NCBI GenBank assembly: GCA_964645315.1
Contig: CAZYBH010000004.1
Location: 853-64,852, forward strand
DNA length: 64,000 nucleotides
Direction of reading: 5' to 3'
Origin: an uncultured Candidatus Saccharibacteria bacterium
GTDB lineage: Bacteria > Patescibacteriota > Minisyncoccia > Phycocordibacterales > PALSA-1337
Position numbers and translations under genes: made by a program. The notes below the pieces were generated by a model. That model ran no database searches and had not been told where the DNA came from. It saw only the letters and a list, made by a program, of their open reading frames with translations. Position 1 is the first letter of the stretch. Each line of letters begins with the position of its first letter. Positions 1-9,725 of this stretch are shown piece by piece.

Positions 1-112
1 CGTACCGCGGGGCCGGAGCCCCGCCCCCGACCGTGGCCACATAGGTGCTGGAGCAACCAGCACCCACAATGGCCAGCCAGGCCAGAGAAATCAAACCAAA
101 AATCATTTTCAT
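1..112 (-). CDS. Partial CDS (N-terminal 37 aa only, runs off the window): secreted or lipoprotein-like signal peptide MKMIFGLISLAWLAIVGAGCSS...
   Basis: Reverse-strand ATG at 112-110 preceded by an AAGGAA-like RBS; hydrophobic signal peptide ending in AGC (lipobox-like). The first ~100 nt are about 70% GC, which is strongly atypical for this window. Confidence 0.35.
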   Translation of the reverse strand, partial: MKMIFGLISLAWLAIVGAGCSSTYVATVGGGAPAPRY

Positions 113-343
113 TTCAACGTTCCTTTCCCTAATATTATATCATATTAAAGCATATTGTCAAGCACACAACAAATGAGAGAGCTTGGTCGATATTTCTATT
201 GATATTAGGTCTAATACTTCTCAACTAGGACATTATTTACATATTAAAATTGATCTTAAATTAGATTATTTTTGCAACAAAAATGCGGGAAATCCCGCAC
301 TTTGCGCGTATCTTTGATGGGAGTTGTGTGCCGTTACGTCGAG

Positions 344-471
344 GGAATAGGAACACAACTTGCAATGATAACGGCCAGAACCAAGAAGGTCACGACCGAT
401 CCGATAACAACCTTGATGCGATCACGAAGAACACCACAACTGATTCCGTACTCATCGTTTTTGACGCTCAT
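344..471 (-). CDS. Small hydrophobic protein (42 aa), MSVKNDEYGISCGVLRDRIKVVIGSVVTFLVLAVIIASCVPIPST
   Basis: Reverse-strand ATG at 471 with a GGAGG Shine-Dalgarno 6 nt upstream; one predicted TM helix. It lies in a locally GC-elevated stretch and is not in the ORF track because it is shorter than 60 aa. Confidence 0.3.
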
Positions 472-564
472 ATTTCCTCCTGCAGATAGATTAGCAAAAT
501 CACTTTTTTATGCAAGATTTATAGTCGCTAGGTATAACCTCACAATTTTTGTATAATATAACAA

Positions 565-2238
565 ATGACAATCATATTTGATGAAGATAAACAAAAAAGA
601 AAACTAAATGATCTTTTGCACAAAGAGGAAGAGGAGCTTGTAAGCATACTGGCAAACAAATTTGGTCTTGAATACACAAACCTCATCACTACACCCATAA
701 ACGCTGATGCAATAAAACTCATAAACGAACAAAAAGCTCGCGATGCTCAAGTTGTAGCTTTTGCTCTTATAGATAAGAAAGTGAAGGTTGCAACAAGAAA
801 TCCAGAAAATCCATTACTAAATGAGATTCTTAGCGACCTCAAAAGCGCCGGTTACTATCCGGAGCTTTTCATGACCTCGACCGAAAGCCTGACAAAAGCT
901 TGGCAGACTTACAAAGATCTTTCATTTGCTTACGAAAGCAAATCTGGGTCATTGGAAATTTCAAATGAAGAGATAAACCGCATAATAAGCGAACAAAAAA
1001 GTCTTCCCCAAATAATATCAACACTAGAAAGTTTACTCGGATCAAAGATGAGCTATAGGATATCGAGAATATTGGAGACTACTATAGCCGGAGCTTTGGC
1101 TGTCGACGCTTCAGATATTCACTTCGAACCAGAGGAAAAGTACTGTCTTTTGAGATACAGATTGGATGGAGTACTTCACGATATTATCCATTTTGATAAT
1201 GAAACCTATGCCCTTCTCATTTCCCGTATCAAGTTGATTTCTGGCATGAAATTAAATATCAAAAAAGAAAATCAAGATGGCCGATTTAGTATTCGTTTGC
1301 CGATCGGTGATGTAGAGGTCCGTTCTTCTATTTTGCCAGGAGCATACAATGAGTCGATCGTCCTTAGACTTCTCAATCCAAAATCAATCGACGTCCCACT
1401 CGAAAATCTAGGCATTCATCCGAAGTTACTTGCTATCATACAAAAGTCTATTGATATGCCAGACAAAATGATATTGACCACTGGCCCGACCGGATCCGGC
1501 AAAACCACAACACTTTATGCTATTTTGAAAAAAATAAAATCTCCTGATTTGAAAATCATTACTCTAGAAGATCCGATCGAATACCATCTCGAGGGTATAG
1601 TCCAAACCCAGGTCAATGACAAAGGCTACAATTTTGCTGAAGGTTTGAGAGCTACCGTCAGACAAGATCCGGATGTTATTATGATTGGAGAAATAAGAGA
1701 CAGCGATACGGCAAATATTGCGGTCAATTCCGCCCTAACTGGACACTTGGTCTTCTCTACCCTACACACAAATGATGCGGCAGGCACATATCCAAGACTT
1801 ATCGATCTTGGCGTAAATTCAAAAGTTCTTACATCAGCAATCAGAATTGCCATGGCCCAAAGGTTGGCTCGTAAACTCTGCAATAATTGCAAAAAAGAAA
1901 TTGCAGTAGAAGGTCAAATAAAAACTTCTATTGATACAATATTGAATGAAATTGAAGATAAAACTCTAATTCCAAAAGACTATTCCAAAATATACGAAGC
2001 GACAGGTTGTGATCAGTGCAATAACACAGGATACAAAGGAAGAATTGGTATTTACGAAGCAATACTTACCGATCAAAATATCGAAAAAGTCGTAGAGATG
2101 AATCCAAGCGAAAGAGAGATTTGGCAAGCGGCCAAGGGTCAGGGATTATTGACCATGAAGCAAGATGGCATACTCAAGGTTTTGGGTGGTATCACCTCCA
2201 TACTAGAGCTAGAAAGAGTCATTGCCCTTACGGATTAG
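565..2238 (+). CDS. pilB: Type IV pilus / type II secretion family assembly ATPase (PilB/GspE-like), paralog 1
   Basis: N-terminal GSPII_E_N-like domain; Walker A GPTGSGKTTTLYA; Asp box DPDVIMIGEIRD; His box TGHLVFSTLHTND; tetracysteine CNNC...CDQC zinc motif. A TATAAT-like element at 552-557 sits only 7 nt before the ATG. Confidence 0.85.
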   Translation: MTIIFDEDKQKRKLNDLLHKEEEELVSILANKFGLEYTNLITTPINADAIKLINEQKARDAQVVAFALIDKKVKVATRNPENPLLNEILSDLKSAGYYPELFMTSTESLTKAWQTYKDLSFAYESKSGSLEISNEEINRIISEQKSLPQIISTLESLLGSKMSYRISRILETTIAGALAVDASDIHFEPEEKYCLLRYRLDGVLHDIIHFDNETYALLISRIKLISGMKLNIKKENQDGRFSIRLPIGDVEVRSSILPGAYNESIVLRLLNPKSIDVPLENLGIHPKLLAIIQKSIDMPDKMILTTGPTGSGKTTTLYAILKKIKSPDLKIITLEDPIEYHLEGIVQTQVNDKGYNFAEGLRATVRQDPDVIMIGEIRDSDTANIAVNSALTGHLVFSTLHTNDAAGTYPRLIDLGVNSKVLTSAIRIAMAQRLARKLCNNCKKEIAVEGQIKTSIDTILNEIEDKTLIPKDYSKIYEATGCDQCNNTGYKGRIGIYEAILTDQNIEKVVEMNPSEREIWQAAKGQGLLTMKQDGILKVLGGITSILELERVIALTD

Positions 2239-2644
2239 TTGTGTTTTTATTTAACTTTTTTAGTCCAAATTAGATTTATCCACCGTGTCAATTGATTTTT
2301 TGCTGTGGACAAGGTTAGGATGATTTCAGACGAGAAATTAAGGAGACTTGAAGATCTTCAAATTTAAATACTATTGAGGATCAACGTCGAGAACGTAAAT
2401 CTCTAAGCAATATCATATCGCGTGATGCGGTATGCGAGGCATAGTCCCGAGGATAATGCCAGTACGCAATGACAAGCATTGCAACCAATATGTCCTTAGC
2501 ACTATGCCCAAACCTCGGAAGGCCATTGCTTAGAGGTTTACAGTCTCGAATTCAAAAAGGCACAAAAAATAAAACTCAATGAGTCTTTTTATTACAAAAT
2601 GTCATCAAACTGATACACCAGTATACTAGCATACAGCATCACAA

Positions 2645-3652
2645 ATGTCAAGGACTAATAACAATCCAAATAATGTCGAGAAGGAGGCGGGATTTCTAGA
2701 TCAAACCTTGCGACCTTATAGCTGGAGCGAATACATTGGTCAAAAAAACATAAAAGACAATCTTCACATCCTTCTTACCGCTGCAAAAGAACGCAATCAC
2801 CCACCAGAACATATACTTTTTTATGGTCCTCCTGGACTAGGCAAGACTACCCTAGCCCACCTCATAGCAAAAGAGACCGGCGCTCAAATGAAGGTTACTT
2901 CTGGTCCAGCAATACTCAAAGTTGGCGACCTCGCTTCTGTCCTAACAAACCTTTCCGCTGGCGATATTTTATTTATCGATGAAATTCACAGATTAAATAA
3001 GGCCATAGAGGAAGTCCTCTATCCAGCAATGGAAAGTGGCAAATTGGACATAATCATAGGCAAAGGACCTTCTGCAAGGACCATCCAACTCGACTTGCCA
3101 CCTTTCACTCTTATCGCAGCCACCACCCGGATAGCGATGATTTCTGCCCCGCTTCGCTCGAGGTTTTCTGGTGGTGTTTTCAAATTGGAATTTTATACAA
3201 ATGATGAAATAAGTGAGATTATCAAACGCTCATCGAAGATTTTGGATATCGGTATAGAGCCAGAAGCTATAAGAGAGATCGCTATACGCTCACGCTTTAC
3301 ACCTCGCACAGCAAACTATCATCTCAAACGCTGTCGAGATTTCGCTCAGATAAACAAATCGTCTCTGACAAAAAATATTGTAGAGAAGGCTTTGTCTATG
3401 CTTGGTGTAGACAATATTGGTCTAAACAATGCCGATAGAGAAATTATCAAAACCGTTATAGACAAATTCAATGGTGGTCCTGTAGGTCTAAATACCATAG
3501 CCGCTGCCCTATCAGAAGAACAAGCTACTATCGAAGAAGTTTATGAACCATATCTTATCCAGATGGGTTTATTGGAAAGAACCCCAAGAGGCAGGATCGT
3601 AACAGACAAAGGCTACAAACATCTCGGTATGATCAATGATCGATTGCTCTAA
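2645..3652 (+). CDS. ruvB: Holliday junction branch-migration helicase RuvB
   Basis: AAA+ Walker A LFYGPPGLGKTTLAHLIA, Walker B ILFIDEIHRL, sensor and arginine-finger regions; length is typical (335 aa). Confidence 0.95.
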   Translation: MSRTNNNPNNVEKEAGFLDQTLRPYSWSEYIGQKNIKDNLHILLTAAKERNHPPEHILFYGPPGLGKTTLAHLIAKETGAQMKVTSGPAILKVGDLASVLTNLSAGDILFIDEIHRLNKAIEEVLYPAMESGKLDIIIGKGPSARTIQLDLPPFTLIAATTRIAMISAPLRSRFSGGVFKLEFYTNDEISEIIKRSSKILDIGIEPEAIREIAIRSRFTPRTANYHLKRCRDFAQINKSSLTKNIVEKALSMLGVDNIGLNNADREIIKTVIDKFNGGPVGLNTIAAALSEEQATIEEVYEPYLIQMGLLERTPRGRIVTDKGYKHLGMINDRLL

Positions 3653-4112
3653 TTTTTAAAAAACTAACTATTACTTATCTATAGACTAAATTGCTGCTTT
3701 ATAGTATTAATTTGACGGACTTTGATTAGTTGTACTATCAAAACAAAAAGCGCCCCCCACAGGCGACGCTGATAATTTTTTCGCTAGGTTTTTTCCTAGT
3801 GATCCTTTATTTGCTCCTTTGGATCTCCCAATTTATATTCCGCTTGCGTCTTACTTCGCAAACAAGCGGTCGTACTTGGTGGATCTTAATGATCCCGTTC
3901 CGAGAGAATACTTTCGTATTCTTCCTCGGTCACCCAAGTACCATCAGGAAGCAAACGGCGCTTCATGGTACTTGAATATTATACCATATTATAATCCTAT
4001 GTCAAGTACCAAGAAATGCCCCTAAAAATATAGAAAACGGAGACATAAAATGCTAGAGTAAGAGTAATTAATAAACAGATTTAATGTTTTAGATTTTAAA
4101 TTTAAGATTTAT

Positions 4113-4643
4113 ATGGCTGGACACAATAAATATTCAAAAATAAAGCATATCAAAGCCAAGAATGATGCCCAAAAGAGCAAACAATTCGGCAAATTGGTGA
4201 GATTGATAACCGTAGAAGCAAAAGCTGCAAAAGGTAATGTGGCATCACCGGGACTTGCAAATGCCATCGAAAAAGCTCGCAAAGAAAATATGCCAAATGA
4301 CACTATAGATCGAGCGATCAAAAAGGCAATTACCGACAATAGTGCATCCATGGAAAGTGTAGTATATGAGACTTATGGACCAGGAGGAGTAGCAATCCTT
4401 ATTTCCGCCCTCACCGACAATCGCAACAAAACCGCCCAGGAGATCAAGCATATCTTATCCCTAAATGGTTTCGAATTGGCTTCTCCAGGAAGTGCATCAT
4501 GGGCTTTCGAAAAAGACCACAATGGTTACAAAGCTACTTCTACCCTACCACTCGAGGACAATGATATAGAAATTCTTACAAAACTTGTAGAGGACTTAGA
4601 AAATAACGATGATGTCCAAGAAGTCTTCACCAATGCCGAATAA
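4113..4643 (+). CDS. yebC: YebC/PmpR (TACO1) family probable transcriptional regulator, short form
   Basis: N-terminus MAGHNKYSKIKHIKA...; middle YETYGPGGVAILISALTDNRNKT; C-terminus NNDDVQEVFTNAE. These match the YebC signature regions. At 176 aa it is shorter than the typical ~240 aa. It overlaps the ruvC start. Confidence 0.8.
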   Translation: MAGHNKYSKIKHIKAKNDAQKSKQFGKLVRLITVEAKAAKGNVASPGLANAIEKARKENMPNDTIDRAIKKAITDNSASMESVVYETYGPGGVAILISALTDNRNKTAQEIKHILSLNGFELASPGSASWAFEKDHNGYKATSTLPLEDNDIEILTKLVEDLENNDDVQEVFTNAE

Positions 4644-5124
4644 AGACAATGTGCGAGTCATAGGTATCGACCCTGGTTACGGTCGTTTGGGTATTTGTAT
4701 TGTAGAAAAAGGACTAAATAAAAAAGAAGAGGTTATATACTCAAATTGTATTGAAACGGGAGCTTCAGAAGATATTTATTCTCGATTTTTGGATATAGGT
4801 AAAGCTGTAGGAAAAGTAATAGATCAATTCAAGCCAAGTGAAATGGCTTTGGAATCACTTTTTATTTCAAAAAATAAAAAAACGGCTATGAGAGTGGCTG
4901 AAGTAAGAGGTATTGTTATATTTCAAGGCTTATCAAAAGATCTTACTATACACGAATACACTCCCCTTCAAATAAAGATGGCAATAACAGGTGACGGCAC
5001 AAGCGACAAAAGCAGAATAATAAAAATGATCCATTTACTGACAAAAATTACCAAAAAAATAAAACTAGATGATGAATACGATGCAATTGCAGTAGCTTTG
5101 ACACATTTTGCAAGAAAAAGATAA
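4609..5124 (+). CDS. ruvC: Crossover junction endodeoxyribonuclease RuvC
   Basis: N-terminal VIGIDPGYGRLGICIV catalytic Asp motif; C-terminal DEYDAIAVALTHF motif; located next to the yebC-family gene as in the classical yebC-ruvC arrangement. Confidence 0.88.
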   Translation: MMSKKSSPMPNKDNVRVIGIDPGYGRLGICIVEKGLNKKEEVIYSNCIETGASEDIYSRFLDIGKAVGKVIDQFKPSEMALESLFISKNKKTAMRVAEVRGIVIFQGLSKDLTIHEYTPLQIKMAITGDGTSDKSRIIKMIHLLTKITKKIKLDDEYDAIAVALTHFARKR

Positions 5125-5266
5125 ATGATCGGGTGATTAAATCTTTGATATTATTTTGCATAATTTTTTATTATTAATTTTTAAAATTTAATTTTGAAAC
5201 TTATCAACATTTATTAACTCTTGCAAAAAAGATAGGATTTGATAAAAGTATTGCATTATTTGTTTA

Positions 5267-5590
5267 ATGAAAAATGAGATGGCTCCTAAGAAAAAAATAA
5301 TCAAAAGCAAGGCAAAAAAGGTAAAAGGTAAAGAAGAAGAACCAAAAGAAACCGAAAACGAAGCAGAATTGGAGGATGAAGAAGAATCAGAAGACGAAGA
5401 TATAGTCCCAGCCGGACCAAAAGCCAAGAAATCCCCTATTGATATCGAGTCTGTACTTGAGCCAGCGCCTATCATTGACGAAAAAGAAGATGATGTTCCA
5501 GTAGCAGGAGATGATGATGAATTGAACACTGAGGATCTAACTTTGGACGATGACGATCTAAATCCATTTGGTGATAAGTGGGAGCAGTAG
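5267..5590 (+). CDS. Small highly acidic protein (Lys-rich N-terminus, Glu/Asp-rich body)
   Basis: ORF with GAA/GAT-rich codon usage consistent with the host. The opposite-strand Ser-rich ORF looks like its antisense shadow. No recognisable domain. Confidence 0.4.
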   Translation: MKNEMAPKKKIIKSKAKKVKGKEEEPKETENEAELEDEEESEDEDIVPAGPKAKKSPIDIESVLEPAPIIDEKEDDVPVAGDDDELNTEDLTLDDDDLNPFGDKWEQ

Positions 5591-5621
5591 CAAAGTACAA
5601 AGTTTGCTACAATATAAATAA

Positions 5622-8144
5622 ATGATCTCTAGAAAAAAGGTAAGGTTACATCATATCAAGTCAGGAATATTACTGATCGCCTCTTTTGTTTTGATTTTTA
5701 TTGGACTTTTTTCATTGTGGCTTGCAACACTCAAAATCCCAGACCTTAGTTCATTCCAAAATCGCAAGGTGGTCGAATCGACAAAAATCTATGATCGAAC
5801 TGGCGAAGTCTTGCTCTACGATACAGGATCTAAGACCAAATCTACTTCGGTGCCACTTACCCAGATTTCTCCTTATATCCAAAAAGGCACAATAGCCATA
5901 GAAGATGCAAATTTTTATAATAATGTCGGAGTAGAACCAACTTCCATTATCCGTGCTGTTATTGCAAACTTTCTGACCGCAAACTATAGCCAAGGCGCAT
6001 CGACCATCACTCAGCAGGTCATAAAAAATTCTCTTTTGACCACAGACAAAACCTTTACCCGAAAGATAAAGGAGGCGATTTTGGCAATAAAGCTTACTCG
6101 AACAATGAGTAAAGATCAGATTTTGGAAGTTTATCTCAATGAATCACCTTATGGTGGTACGATTTACGGAGTCGAACAGGCTAGTCAGACATTTTTCGGC
6201 AGGCCGGCAAAAGAAGTTTCCTTGGCTCAAGCAGCATATATAGCCGCTATACCAAAAGCTCCGACTTATTATTCTCCTTATGGTACACACAGAGAAGCTC
6301 TTGATGCTCGCCAAAAAGCTGTTCTCCAAAAAATGCTTTCTCTTGGCATGATTACAAAAGATGATTACAAAAAAGCAATTGACGAAAAGGTTCAATTTTT
6401 GGCCAAAAATTCCGAAAATATCCGTGCTCCCCACTTCGTCATGTATGTTCGCGACTATCTTGTCCAAAAATATGGCGAGGATGCTGTCACGAGTGGCGGA
6501 CTAAGGGTCAAAACCACACTTGATTATGGTATGCAACAAAAAGCTGAGGATGTAATAGAAAAATTCGCTCCTACTATTGCCGAAACATACAATGCAAACA
6601 ATGCCGGTATGATCGCTATAGACCCAAAATCTGGAGATATTTTGACTATGGTTGGTTCAAAAGACTATTTTAGTAGGACGATCGAAGGAAATTTCAATGT
6701 AACTCTAGCAAAGAGACAACCAGGATCAACTTTCAAACCTTTTGTCTACGCTACCCTATTCAAAAAAGGCTATACACCAGAAACTGTTCTCTATGACTAT
6801 CAAATGGAATTTTCTCAATATTGTAATCCAGACGGAACTCCGAAAAATAGTAGTGATGATCCACAAAAAGTCTGTTACTCACCTCAAGAATTCGACAAAA
6901 TCTATACTGGACCAATGACAATACGCCAAGCCTTGGCTCAATCTAGAAATATTCCGGCAGTTCAAGGTTTGTATTTGGCTGGTATGAGAGATTCTTTGCA
7001 GACTGCTGAAGATTTGGGTATTACAACCCTTGATGATCCAAATCGCTATGGCCTAACTCTTGTTTTGGGTGGAGGAGAAGTAAGTCCTCTAGAAATCACT
7101 AGCGCATATGGAGTATTTGCAAATGATGGAATAAGAAACCCAACCAGATCAGTACTAGAAGTCAAAGATAGTAAAGGTAATGTTTTAGAACAGTCTACAC
7201 TGACACCATTCAAAGCTCTGGAACCAGATGTGGCGAGACAAATTACAAGTATACTATCCGACAATACAGTAAGAATGGCCAGCCTAAAACCTATTACAGA
7301 TGCAATAGGTCGCAAAGTAGCAATGAAGACAGGTACAACAAACGATTTTAGAGATGTTTGGGCTATAGGCTACACACCAAGTCTTGTAGTCGGTGCTTGG
7401 GCCGGAAACAATGACAATAGTCCTATGAGCCAAAACATTGCCGGCCTCATTATCTCACCGCTTTGGGGAGCTTATATGAGCCAGGTTGCCAAGAATTTCC
7501 CTCCAGAGGACTTCCCTCTCGCCCCTACACCAAAGACCGATACAAAGCCTGTTATGCGCGGAATCTGGCAAGGCGGACTTTCTTATAGGATTGATACCGT
7601 ATCAGGCAAACTTGCTACCGAATATACTCCAAAAGAAACAACAAAAGAAAATGTTTTCAATAGTATTCATTCAATTTTGCACTGGGTAGATAAGAGTGAT
7701 CCGAACGGGCCTATTCCTACAAATCCATCACAAGATCCTCAATATGACCATTGGGAATATGCTGTGAGAAAATGGTTTGATCAATGGAAAACTGTTCATC
7801 CAGAATTCAAAGAATCCACGGATATCCGAATACCAACAGAAAAAGATGATGTCCATGTACCAGAAAAGGCACCCAAGGTAAGCATTATATCTCCAGCAAA
7901 CGGCTTGATAGTTAATCCAAATAACACTCTATTCGTAAAGATTCAATCAATGGGTAATTTCCCTGCAAAAAAGACTGAATTATACTTAAATGGTAAATAT
8001 ATTTTGACCAATGAAACTTCGCCTACAGATATATCATTTATCCCTGCGGATGTCGGCGATTTACAAAGCATAAACACAATAAAAGTTAAACTATTTGACT
8101 CGGTCTACAATAGCAGCGAGGCTAGTGTACAATTTGGAATATAA
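5622..8144 (+). CDS. mrcA: Class A penicillin-binding protein (bifunctional glycosyltransferase/transpeptidase, PBP1A-like) with a C-terminal extension
   Basis: N-terminal TM anchor; GT51 motifs EDANFYNNVG and GASTITQQ; transpeptidase SxxK (STFKPF), SRN and KTGTT motifs. Confidence 0.9.
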   Translation: MISRKKVRLHHIKSGILLIASFVLIFIGLFSLWLATLKIPDLSSFQNRKVVESTKIYDRTGEVLLYDTGSKTKSTSVPLTQISPYIQKGTIAIEDANFYNNVGVEPTSIIRAVIANFLTANYSQGASTITQQVIKNSLLTTDKTFTRKIKEAILAIKLTRTMSKDQILEVYLNESPYGGTIYGVEQASQTFFGRPAKEVSLAQAAYIAAIPKAPTYYSPYGTHREALDARQKAVLQKMLSLGMITKDDYKKAIDEKVQFLAKNSENIRAPHFVMYVRDYLVQKYGEDAVTSGGLRVKTTLDYGMQQKAEDVIEKFAPTIAETYNANNAGMIAIDPKSGDILTMVGSKDYFSRTIEGNFNVTLAKRQPGSTFKPFVYATLFKKGYTPETVLYDYQMEFSQYCNPDGTPKNSSDDPQKVCYSPQEFDKIYTGPMTIRQALAQSRNIPAVQGLYLAGMRDSLQTAEDLGITTLDDPNRYGLTLVLGGGEVSPLEITSAYGVFANDGIRNPTRSVLEVKDSKGNVLEQSTLTPFKALEPDVARQITSILSDNTVRMASLKPITDAIGRKVAMKTGTTNDFRDVWAIGYTPSLVVGAWAGNNDNSPMSQNIAGLIISPLWGAYMSQVAKNFPPEDFPLAPTPKTDTKPVMRGIWQGGLSYRIDTVSGKLATEYTPKETTKENVFNSIHSILHWVDKSDPNGPIPTNPSQDPQYDHWEYAVRKWFDQWKTVHPEFKESTDIRIPTEKDDVHVPEKAPKVSIISPANGLIVNPNNTLFVKIQSMGNFPAKKTELYLNGKYILTNETSPTDISFIPADVGDLQSINTIKVKLFDSVYNSSEASVQFGI

Positions 8145-8399
8145 TTATCTTATATCAGTAACATTTAGGCCTTTATCTATAAGTACTTGGACTATTTTGG
8201 GTTTCTTTATAAAAATAGCAGATAAAACTGCTGGACTTTGTCTTTTTATACTTATTACCCCATCACTAACTGATATATCTTCTATTTTTAATTCTATATT
8301 TGTCTGATTCTTGATAGAGTCTTTGATTGCATTTCGTACAAAAAACTCTTTTGCAAAAGTTTTTTGGATATTACTAAAAAATTGCGATAAACCAAACAT
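8145..8399 (-). CDS. Small protein immediately downstream of dnaN, possibly DUF721/DciA-like
   Basis: 84-aa ORF starting 2 nt after the dnaN stop. The segment DGVISIKRQSPAVLSAIFIKKPKIVQVLIDKG resembles the DUF721 core (DGVL-V-V-S-W-QEL--LK--IL-KLN). Pattern-level resemblance only. Confidence 0.35.
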   Translation of the reverse strand: MFGLSQFFSNIQKTFAKEFFVRNAIKDSIKNQTNIELKIEDISVSDGVISIKRQSPAVLSAIFIKKPKIVQVLIDKGLNVTDIR

Positions 8400-8400
8400 A

Positions 8401-9507
8401 TTATCTATTCATTGGCATAGCCAAGTACATAAAGGTCTGATCACCTGAAATTGGTCTTATAACCATCGGTCGATTTGTACCAGAGAATTGCATAGTCAAA
8501 CTATCAGAATCGATGGACTGGAAACTATCAGCCACATATTTGTAATTAAAATTGATATCTACAGAATCTCCCGATAATGCCCCATCGACAAGGGTGTTAT
8601 TTTCTCCTATGTCGCTATTTTTTGTTTGAATTTTGAATTGTTTTGCTTTTGGATCTATAGAGAAGCTTATTTTATTGAATTTGTCTGAGAAAATGTTTGA
8701 AACTTTCAAACTTGAAACCAAATCTTGCTTCAAAACAACAACTTCTGTAGAAAAGGTCTTGGGAATAATCTGTCTATAATCTGGGAAAACACCGTCGATC
8801 AATCTGGAAACAAGATAAATCTCACCTGAAGAAAAAGATATTAGGTTCTTATTCAAACAGATTTCTACATTTCCATGGATATTTTCTAAAACCCTGAGTA
8901 TATCTGGGATGTTTTTGAATGGAATGAGAATATCCCCAAAGTCTATATTACCTGTTAGTTTTATTTTCTTTTCTGCGAGACGAAATGAATCTGTAGCAAC
9001 GAAAACCAGGTTTTGACTATCTTTGTAGATATAAACACTAGATAATTCTGGTTTAACACTTGAAATAGATGAGCTATACCAAACTGATTTCAAACCTTTC
9101 AAAAAAGCTTCTGCTGGCAAAGAAAGCTTTTTGCCGTCCAAAACACGAGGAATCGATGGAAAATCATCAAATGCTTGGGTTTTGATTGTTCCCTTTGTTT
9201 TTTGGGTGGATATCAAAAGATTTTGCTCTACATCTTCCAATCGAACAATTTGATCATCTCCAGAAATTTGGGAAATGAAAGAAGATAAGATTGAGGCGGG
9301 TACAGCCAACTGACCATTGCCAGTTGATTTGACTGGCAAAACAATCTCCAAACCAACATCCAAATTTGTAGCCTTGATCGTAGCTGTATTATCTTTTACT
9401 TCAAGAAGGATACAAGAAAGCACTGGTAGGGTCATGTGTTTGCCGGCGACCCTATCCACAATCTGCACAGATTCTTTTAGTTTCTTTAGTGTTAGTTCTA
9501 ATTTCAT
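8401..9507 (-). CDS. dnaN: DNA polymerase III beta sliding clamp
   Basis: Typical N-terminus MKLELTLKKLKESVQIV...TLPVLSCILLEV; three-domain length (368 aa); positioned after dnaA. Confidence 0.95.
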   Translation of the reverse strand: MKLELTLKKLKESVQIVDRVAGKHMTLPVLSCILLEVKDNTATIKATNLDVGLEIVLPVKSTGNGQLAVPASILSSFISQISGDDQIVRLEDVEQNLLISTQKTKGTIKTQAFDDFPSIPRVLDGKKLSLPAEAFLKGLKSVWYSSSISSVKPELSSVYIYKDSQNLVFVATDSFRLAEKKIKLTGNIDFGDILIPFKNIPDILRVLENIHGNVEICLNKNLISFSSGEIYLVSRLIDGVFPDYRQIIPKTFSTEVVVLKQDLVSSLKVSNIFSDKFNKISFSIDPKAKQFKIQTKNSDIGENNTLVDGALSGDSVDINFNYKYVADSFQSIDSDSLTMQFSGTNRPMVIRPISGDQTFMYLAMPMNR

Positions 9508-9725
9508 ATTTTTTAAAGTTTATTACTATTAAGGCTGTGAATATGTTGATTGGTATATGGTGGCTTGGTTAACTGCTTGTTTGAAATGCTCTGTAAAATT
9601 TCTTGTGAATAATTTTTTATAACTAATCGTTCTGTAATTTGATACTATTTTCTCAACTTCTTATTAATTTATTATCCCAATACTTTTCCCCAACAAAATC
9701 CTTATTATCAACAACATTTCCACAG

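Noticed and set aside
272-556. + strand ORFs at 272-556 and 283-489 (94 and 68 aa)
   Set aside because: They have no RBS and odd composition, and they overlap a better-supported small - strand ORF with a GGAGG Shine-Dalgarno. They are probably GC-driven spurious ORFs.
5188-5529. Ser-rich 113-aa ORF on the - strand
   Set aside because: It is the antisense shadow of the GAA/GAT-rich acidic ORF on the + strand. Poly-Ser arises from reading GA-rich codons in reverse.
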